A stretch of 64,000 bases of DNA from Candidatus Methylomirabilota bacterium. Its GTDB lineage: Bacteria; Methylomirabilota; Methylomirabilia; Rokubacteriales; DASRDR01. Below the pieces are notes generated by a model. That model was given only the letters and a program-made list of their open reading frames with translations. It was not told where the DNA came from and did not search any database. The stretch is from the NCBI GenBank assembly GCA_036001225.1, contig DASYUM010000308.1, positions 540-64,539 on the forward strand. The letters are read 5' to 3'. This document shows, piece by piece, positions 58,319 through 64,000 of this stretch. A program made the position numbers and the translations under genes. Numbering within the stretch: position 1 is the stretch's first letter; every line of letters starts with the position of its first letter.

Positions 58319-58959
58319 GTCGCGGGGGCTCCCGCACCCCACTCCCCCCACGCCGTCATCCGGCTCGGCGCCGTCGGTCGCGGTGCCTCGGCGCCCAGCC
58401 GGCGAAGCTCCGCCCCGAGGGCGGCCTGCCAGGCGGCGGGGCTCGCGGCCTGTCCGCGCGCCCGCAGCTCCCGCCGGACATCCGCCGCGACGTCCGTCAG
58501 TGCCGCGTAGTCGGCGGTGAAGTAGGCTTCGAGCTCTTCCCGGATGGCGCGCGAGAGCGCGGGGCTGGCCCCGCCGGTGGCGACCGCGATTTGCAGTTCG
58601 CCGCGCCGGAGCACCGAGGGCAGGATGAAGTCGCAGTGGGCCGGGTCGTCGGCGGCGTTGACCCAGACCCCGGCCGCGGCTCCGTCCTGGGCGACGGCCG
58701 CGTTCACGGCCGCCTCGTCGGTCGCGACGAAGGCGAGCCGGTAGCCCGTCAGGTCCCCGGACCGGTAGGCACGCCCGAGGTGACGGATCCGGCCTTCCCG
58801 AGCCCGCGCGTCGAGTCCGGGGTTCAGCGTCGGGCTCACGACCGTGACGGCGGCGCCGGTCGCCAGCAGCCCCTCCACCTTCCGCTCGGCCACCGGTCCA
58901 CCGCCGACCACGAGGCACGGCTGGCCATCGAGCGCGAGGAAGATCGGGTAGTACGCCAT
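58315..58959 (-). CDS. Precorrin-2 dehydrogenase / sirohydrochlorin ferrochelatase (SirC/Met8-like)
   Basis: NAD-binding block LVVGGGPVAERK and siroheme-synthase N-domain blocks. Confidence 0.7.
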   Translation of the reverse strand: MAYYPIFLALDGQPCLVVGGGPVAERKVEGLLATGAAVTVVSPTLNPGLDARAREGRIRHLGRAYRSGDLTGYRLAFVATDEAAVNAAVAQDGAAAGVWVNAADDPAHCDFILPSVLRRGELQIAVATGGASPALSRAIREELEAYFTADYAALTDVAADVRRELRARGQAASPAAWQAALGAELRRLGAEAPRPTAPSRMTAWGEWGAGAPAT

Positions 58960-58961
58960 CG

Positions 58962-60656
58962 TCAGCCCTCCACGCCGTGCGGCGGCCGGCCCGGCGAGGC
59001 GTCGCGGGCTACGGCCGCGACCTCGGCTCCCGCCAGCCACCCGCGCAGCTCGTCGTCGGTGTGCCGGGCGGCGAATTGGCGGAAGTTTTCCCCGTCGCGC
59101 CGCACGGCCAGGTAGCCGCGCAGCAGCCGTTCGACCGCCCCCGGCACGTCGCTGGCGGCGACCCGATAGCCGATCGGGCGCGCGGTGGCCTGGTGCCGGC
59201 CGACCGCGCCCCCGATGCAGAAGTAGTACGCGTCCACCAGGCGCCCGTCGACTTTCAGCTTCTTTCCCTCGATCCCGATGTCGGCGATCCAGTGCTGCCC
59301 GCAGCTGTTCGGGCATCCCGTGACGTGGATCTTCAGGTGCTGCCCGAAGCCGGGCAGCCGGCCTTCGAGCTCCTCCACGAGCCGGCGGGCGAAGCCCTTG
59401 GTTTCGGTCAGGGCCAACTTGCAGAATTCCGTTCCGGTGCAGGCGATGGTTCCGCGCCAGAACGACGAGGCCTCGAGAGGAAGGCCGGCCGCCGCGGCCT
59501 CCCGGGCTAGCGTGTCGACGCGCCCACGGGCCACGTTGGGGATCAGGAGGTTCTGCATGTTCGTCGTCCGCAGCTCGCCCGTTCCGTAGGCCTCGGCGAG
59601 GGTGGCGGCGGCCCGCATCGCGGCCGGCGTGAGCCGCCCCCGGAGCACCGCGAGCCCCGCGTAGCAGTAGCCGGCCTGCTTCTGCCGGTGGATGCCGACG
59701 TGATCCCGGTAGACGTCGTCGGGAGGGTCCTCGGGGACCGCTCGGTCGAGCCGGAAGCCGACCCGGCGCTCCAGCTCGGCCTGGAAGCGCTCCACCGTCC
59801 AGCCGTGGGTCAGGAAGAGGAACTTCAGGCGCGCCTTCTCGCGGTTCTGCCGCAGCAGGTCGCTGTCACGGAAGATCTCCGAGATGCCCCGGACGACCGG
59901 CAGCACCTGGTTCCATCGGACGAAGGCGTCGAGGCGTCGGGCGAGGTGCGGGTCGGTCGAGAGCCCGCCCCCCACCCGGACGGAGAAGCCGACCTCCCCG
60001 GTCTCGGGGTGGGGGAGGGCGGTCACGCCGACGTCGTTGATCTCGGGGTAGGTGCACCAGACCCGGCAGCCGGTGATGGAGATCTTGTACTTCCGGGGGA
60101 GGTTGTAGAAATCGGGGTTGCCGTTGAGCATGCGGGTCGCGGTGTGCACGAGCGGGGAGGCATCCGCGATCTCGTCGGCGTCCACCCCGGCCAGCGGGCA
60201 GCCGGTGATGTTGCGAGTGTCGTCGCCACACGCCCCCATGGTGGTGAGTCCGACCCGCCCCAGGTGCCGGAAGATCTCCGGCACGTCCTCGATCGGGACC
60301 CAGTGGAGCTGGATATTCTGGCGCACGGTGAGGTCGGCGATCCCGCGGGCGTGACGCTCGGCAAGGTCGGCGAGGGTGCGGAGCTGATGAGCCAGGAGGA
60401 ATCCGTTGGGGATCCGGATGCGGATCATGAAGTAGGGGACGGCCCGGCCTTCACCGCCCACCCCGCCGACGGCCCCCTGACCGTCGCCCTGCGAGTAGAT
60501 CCCCCACCAGCGGAAGTACGTGCTCCACTCCGGCGGGATCGCGTCGTAGCCGTCGCGGGCGAAGCGCAGGATCTCCGCCTCGGCCTCCCACGGATTCAGC
60601 TCGCGCTTGAGCCGCTCGACCCGCTGGGCCTTCGTCTCCTTCGGCTGCCCGGTCAT
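58962..60656 (-). CDS. Ferredoxin-dependent sulfite/nitrite reductase hemoprotein (NirA/Sir family)
   Basis: Two NIR_SIR ferredoxin-like halves. Siroheme/4Fe-4S Cys cluster motifs TGCPNSCGQ and CTGTEFC. Confidence 0.85.
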   Translation of the reverse strand: MTGQPKETKAQRVERLKRELNPWEAEAEILRFARDGYDAIPPEWSTYFRWWGIYSQGDGQGAVGGVGGEGRAVPYFMIRIRIPNGFLLAHQLRTLADLAERHARGIADLTVRQNIQLHWVPIEDVPEIFRHLGRVGLTTMGACGDDTRNITGCPLAGVDADEIADASPLVHTATRMLNGNPDFYNLPRKYKISITGCRVWCTYPEINDVGVTALPHPETGEVGFSVRVGGGLSTDPHLARRLDAFVRWNQVLPVVRGISEIFRDSDLLRQNREKARLKFLFLTHGWTVERFQAELERRVGFRLDRAVPEDPPDDVYRDHVGIHRQKQAGYCYAGLAVLRGRLTPAAMRAAATLAEAYGTGELRTTNMQNLLIPNVARGRVDTLAREAAAAGLPLEASSFWRGTIACTGTEFCKLALTETKGFARRLVEELEGRLPGFGQHLKIHVTGCPNSCGQHWIADIGIEGKKLKVDGRLVDAYYFCIGGAVGRHQATARPIGYRVAASDVPGAVERLLRGYLAVRRDGENFRQFAARHTDDELRGWLAGAEVAAVARDASPGRPPHGVEG

Positions 60657-60679
60657 CCCGCTCCTCCTCGAACATCAAA

Positions 60680-60717
60680 AGCCGAGCGGCGGGCTCCTCG
60701 GCCCGCATCGCTCGGCT
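60680..60717 (-). terminator. Intrinsic terminator: 9-bp stem AGCCGAGCG...CGCTCGGCT followed on the minus strand by TTTTGATGTT
   Basis: Seen in the sequence, between the zinc-ribbon gene and the sulfite reductase gene. Confidence 0.5.
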
Positions 60718-60760
60718 TTCTGTCTTGCTGACGTCTGCCTTGGCGCGCGCGGTTCCGTTC

Positions 60761-60970
60761 TCAGGCCGTGTACCGGAGTGGCACCTCCACCCACGCTTTG
60801 CAGCGCGGACACTTGGCGGTGGCGTGGCCGGTGCGGCTCACGCGCAGGATGGCGTTCCGCACCACGACCCCCTCGTCGTCGGCGACCACGATCTTCGTCC
60901 GGCAGACGGGGCAGCGCCGGAGCGCGGCGGGAGTCCCGTCCTGGCCCTGGGCCGCGGGCTGGGGCGCCAT
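60761..60970 (-). CDS. Small zinc-ribbon protein (69 aa, CPVC...CPRC)
   Basis: Four Cys in two CxxC pairs. ATG with AAAGG upstream. Located downstream of trpG. Confidence 0.4.
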   Translation of the reverse strand: MAPQPAAQGQDGTPAALRRCPVCRTKIVVADDEGVVVRNAILRVSRTGHATAKCPRCKAWVEVPLRYTA

Positions 60971-61002
60971 GGCCCCGAACCTACCTTTGTCTATCGGGAT
61001 TG

Positions 61003-61579
<577 letters not shown>

Positions 61580-61599
<20 letters not shown>

Positions 61600-63070
61600 C
61601 GTGCCCTCCCGCCCGCTCGATCGCCTTGAGGACGCCCCGAGCCTTGGCCAGGCACTCCTGATGCTCCAGCGAAGGGACCGAGTCGTAGACGATTCCGGCG
61701 CCCGCCTGCACGTACGCGACGCCCCCCTGGACGAGGACGGTGCGGATGGTGATGCCGGTGTTCAGCGCGCCATCGAATCCGACGTAGCCCACGGCCCCGG
61801 CGTAGGGGCCCCGGGCCACCGGCTCGAGCTCGTCGATGATCTCCATGGCGCGCACCTTCGGCGCGCCGGACACGGTCCCGTGCGGGAACACGGCCTGCAG
61901 GACGTCCCAGGCCCCGCGCCCCGGCGCCAGGTCGCCTTCGACGTGGGAGACGAGGTGCATCACGTGCGAGTAGCGCTCGATCGCCATCAGCTCCGTCACC
62001 CGGACGCTTCCATAGCGCGCGACCCGCCCGATGTCGTTCCGCGTGAGATCGACGAGCATCACGTGCTCGGCGCGCTCCTTCGGATCGGCGAGGAGCGCGT
62101 CGGCCAGCGCCTGGTCCTCGGCGCCAGTGCGACCGCGGGGGCGGGTGCCGGCCAGCGGACGCATGTCCACCCGCCCCTCCTCCAGGCGGACCAGGCGCTC
62201 GGGCGAGGAGCCGACGAGCGTGCCCGCCCCCGTGTCCAGGAGGAACATGTAGGGAGACGGGTTCAGGACGCGCAGGGCGCGGTAGATGGCGAGCGGGTCC
62301 ATGCCGGGCACCGGCGTGGCGAAGCGCTGGGCGAGGATGACCTGGTAGATGTCGCCGGCCCGGATGTACTCCTGAGCCCGCTCGACGCCGGCGCAGTACG
62401 CCTCCGGCGTCACGTTCGACCGGGGCTCGACCGGCAGCGGGGGGGCGGCGGGCTGGAGTGGCCTCGGTCCCTCCAGGCGCGCGAGCAACGCCTCGATCCG
62501 CTCCCGCGCCCGCCGGTAGGCGGTCTCGGCGCCGTCGTCGAGGAAGGCGTTGGCGACCACCCGGAGCGTGTGGCGACGATGGTCGAAGACGACGACAGTG
62601 TCCACGAGCGCCAGCCGAAAGACCGGCATGCCGACGTCATCCGGCGGCCGGGCCGGGAGCCGTTCCCAGAGACGGACCGCGTCGTAGCCGAGGTAGCCGA
62701 GGAAGCCGCCGACGAACGGGGGGAGGTCGGGGCGAGTCTCGCCGCGGTAGCGGCCGATGTAATCGCGGACGACGGCGAGCGGCTCGCCCGGCTCGGTGAC
62801 CGTGCCCGACGGACCCGTGACCTGCACGCGCGCGCCGTCGCATTCGAGGACCAGCCGCGGGTCCCCGCCGAGAACGGAGAAGCGCGCCACCTGGGCGGAA
62901 CCCTCGACGCTCTCGAGGAGAAACCGCGAGGGGAGGCCCGCCAGCTTCATGTAGGCGGAAATCGGCGTCTCCAGGTCGGCCAGCAGCTCGCACGAGACGG
63001 GCACGACGTTGGCCGGCCCGCGATGACGCAGGAACTCGCTCGCGGTCGGCTCCAGCACGAGAGCGGGCAT
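61580..63070 (-). CDS. trpE: Anthranilate synthase component I
   Basis: TrpE blocks LLESVEG, the Trp-feedback region, and [20 protein letters not shown]. The ATG at 63068-63070 has an AGGAGG RBS. The upstream in-frame TTG at 63088 lies inside the attenuator U-tract. Confidence 0.9.
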
Positions 63071-63084
63071 GAGCCCCTCCTGTT

Positions 63085-63135
63085 CCAAAAACGAAAGAGC
63101 CGAGGTCGGCGGGACCGTCCCGCTCGCCTCGGCTC
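63085..63135 (-). terminator. trp attenuator terminator: imperfect 18-bp stem followed by UUUCGUUUUUGG, immediately 5' of the trpE RBS
   Basis: Seen in the sequence on the minus strand. Confidence 0.6.
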
Positions 63136-63161
63136 TCTGACTCTCGTCGGTTACGTCTGCG

Positions 63162-63278
63162 CTACGCGGGCCCGGTCCCCTCGCTCCAGTGGGCGCACCA
63201 CCAGCGCCACAGCCAGGCCTGCCGTGACCACAGGCGGGCCGGCTGTCTCAACTGCGCCTGCTCGGGAACCAGCACCAT
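63162..63278 (-). CDS. trpL: trp operon leader peptide (38 aa, 7 Trp codons: ...RLWSRQAWLWRWWCAHWSEG...)
   Basis: A small ORF between the promoter and the attenuator hairpin. Trp codons cluster at residues 17-31. The ATG lies at most a few nt from the predicted transcription start, so it is leaderless or nearly leaderless. Confidence 0.6.
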   Translation of the reverse strand: MVLVPEQAQLRQPARLWSRQAWLWRWWCAHWSEGTGPA

Positions 63279-63287
63279 GATGGCGGA

Positions 63288-63317
63288 ACAGTAGTCCGGG
63301 CGAGGGTGGCTTGTCAA
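63288..63317 (-). promoter_or_regulatory. Putative trp promoter, -35 TTGACA / 18-nt spacer / -10 TACTGT
   Basis: The hexamers are seen on the minus strand. The -35 overlaps the stop codon of the upstream aldehyde dehydrogenase gene. Confidence 0.45.
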
Positions 63318-64000
63318 GACAGGTCGACCCAGACGCTCTTGACTTCCGTGTACAGGTCCATGCCGGCCTGGCCCAGCTCCCGTCCGAACCCCGACTCCTT
63401 GAAGCCGCCGAAGGGGAGAGCGGCATCGTAGAGGTTGTAGGCGTTGACCCACACGGTGCCGGCCCGGATGGCCCGGGCGGCGCGCAGCGCCTTGCCCACG
63501 TCCCGGGTCCAGACGGCGGCGGCCAGCCCGTAGAAAGTATCGTTGCCATGGGCGATCCCCTCGTCCACGTCCTTGAACGGGATCACCGAGAGCACGGGCC
63601 CGAAGATCTCCTCGCGAGCGATCTTCATGGCGTTGGTCACGCCGGTGAAGATCGTGGGCTGGAGGAAGAAGCCCTTGCCGTTCCCGACGCTGGCCCGCTC
63701 CCCGCCGGCCACCACCCGCGCGCCCTCCTTGCGGCCGGCCTCGATGTAGCTCATGACCGTGTCGAGTTGCTGCCGGGAGACGACCGGGCCCATCCGGGTC
63801 GCCTTGTCGAGAGGATCGCCGACCTTCAGCCCCTTGACGCGCTCGGTGAGCTTGCCCACGAACTCGTCGTGGACGCGCTCCTCCAGGAGCAGGCGGGAGC
63901 CCGCCGCGCAGACCTCGCCCTTGTTGTAGAAGATCCCGGTCAGAGCGCCCCGCACCGCCGCTTCCAGATCGGCGTCGGCGAAGACGATGTTGGGCGACTT
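63314..64000 (-). CDS. Aldehyde dehydrogenase family protein, 5' part outside the window
   Basis: C-terminal ALDH blocks GEVCAAGSRLL (catalytic Cys), EEIFGPV, and GGFKESGFGRE. Confidence 0.8.
   Translation of the reverse strand, partial: KSPNIVFADADLEAAVRGALTGIFYNKGEVCAAGSRLLLEERVHDEFVGKLTERVKGLKVGDPLDKATRMGPVVSRQQLDTVMSYIEAGRKEGARVVAGGERASVGNGKGFFLQPTIFTGVTNAMKIAREEIFGPVLSVIPFKDVDEGIAHGNDTFYGLAAAVWTRDVGKALRAARAIRAGTVWVNAYNLYDAALPFGGFKESGFGRELGQAGMDLYTEVKSVWVDLS

Noticed and set aside
63068-63088. trpE start at the upstream TTG (63088) as given by the ORF track.
   Set aside because: That codon lies inside the attenuator U-tract and upstream of the AGGAGG RBS. The ATG at 63068-63070 with ideal RBS spacing is preferred.

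Overview
This 64-kb window comes from a very high-GC (about 70% G+C) bacterial chromosome and is gene-dense, with about 65 protein-coding genes. Many gene pairs overlap by 1 or 4 nt (ATGA/GTGA), which indicates operons. I recognised no rRNA, tRNA, CRISPR array, transposase or integrase. Genes run mostly on the + strand to about 49.5 kb and mostly on the - strand after that. Block A (1.6-12.0 kb) is a type II FAS/PKS-like lipid or polyene biosynthetic cluster. It has two active beta-ketoacyl synthases, each translationally coupled to a catalytically dead KS-like (CLF-like) partner. It also has a discrete ACP, a GT2 glycosyltransferase, a flavin-dependent halogenase (GxGxxG + WxWxIP motifs), an FtsX-type permease plus ABC ATPase (LolCDE/MacB-like) and a TcuA-like flavoprotein. 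A hybrid histidine kinase follows. Block B (14.6-19.6 kb) is an operon of an IPCT/DIPPS-like nucleotidyltransferase/CDP-alcohol phosphatidyltransferase fusion, an MprF-TM-like flippase-domain protein, an HpnJ-like B12-binding radical SAM enzyme, a small ORF behind a sigma54-like promoter, and a Cof-type HAD phosphatase. Block C (19.7-49.5 kb) is a solute-uptake and cyclitol/sugar-phosphate metabolism island. It has five ABC importers, including three paralogous AfuA/FbpA-like SBPs with fused 12-TM permeases. It also has iolD-iolE, a Gfo/Idh/MocA dehydrogenase, a PfkB kinase, two xylose-isomerase-like TIM barrels (one frameshifted), two IMPase-family phosphatases, an SDR, a metallophosphoesterase and a creatininase-family amidase. 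A hicB antitoxin with a decayed hicA lies antisense between the permease and ATPase genes of one importer. Block D (50-64 kb, - strand) holds amino-acid ABC permeases and SBP, a HugZ/PNPOx-like protein, trpS, an LLM flavin oxidoreductase, a hexose-6-P mutarotase-like gene, cobA-sirC-sulfite reductase, and trpE-trpG. The trpE-trpG pair is preceded by a classic Trp-codon-rich leader peptide (7 Trp in 38 aa), a terminator/attenuator hairpin with U-tract, and a near-leaderless promoter. A GC-rich hairpin family (GGAGGGGG-loop-CCCCCTCC), often followed by a GCGGAACA motif, recurs just downstream of several stop codons. The most novel candidate is the Block A + B region, which looks like an undescribed halogenase-containing KS/CLF lipid pathway linked to a phospho-headgroup/radical-SAM module. 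Coordinates of internally chosen start codons were frame-checked against the ORF track but may be off by a few nt.
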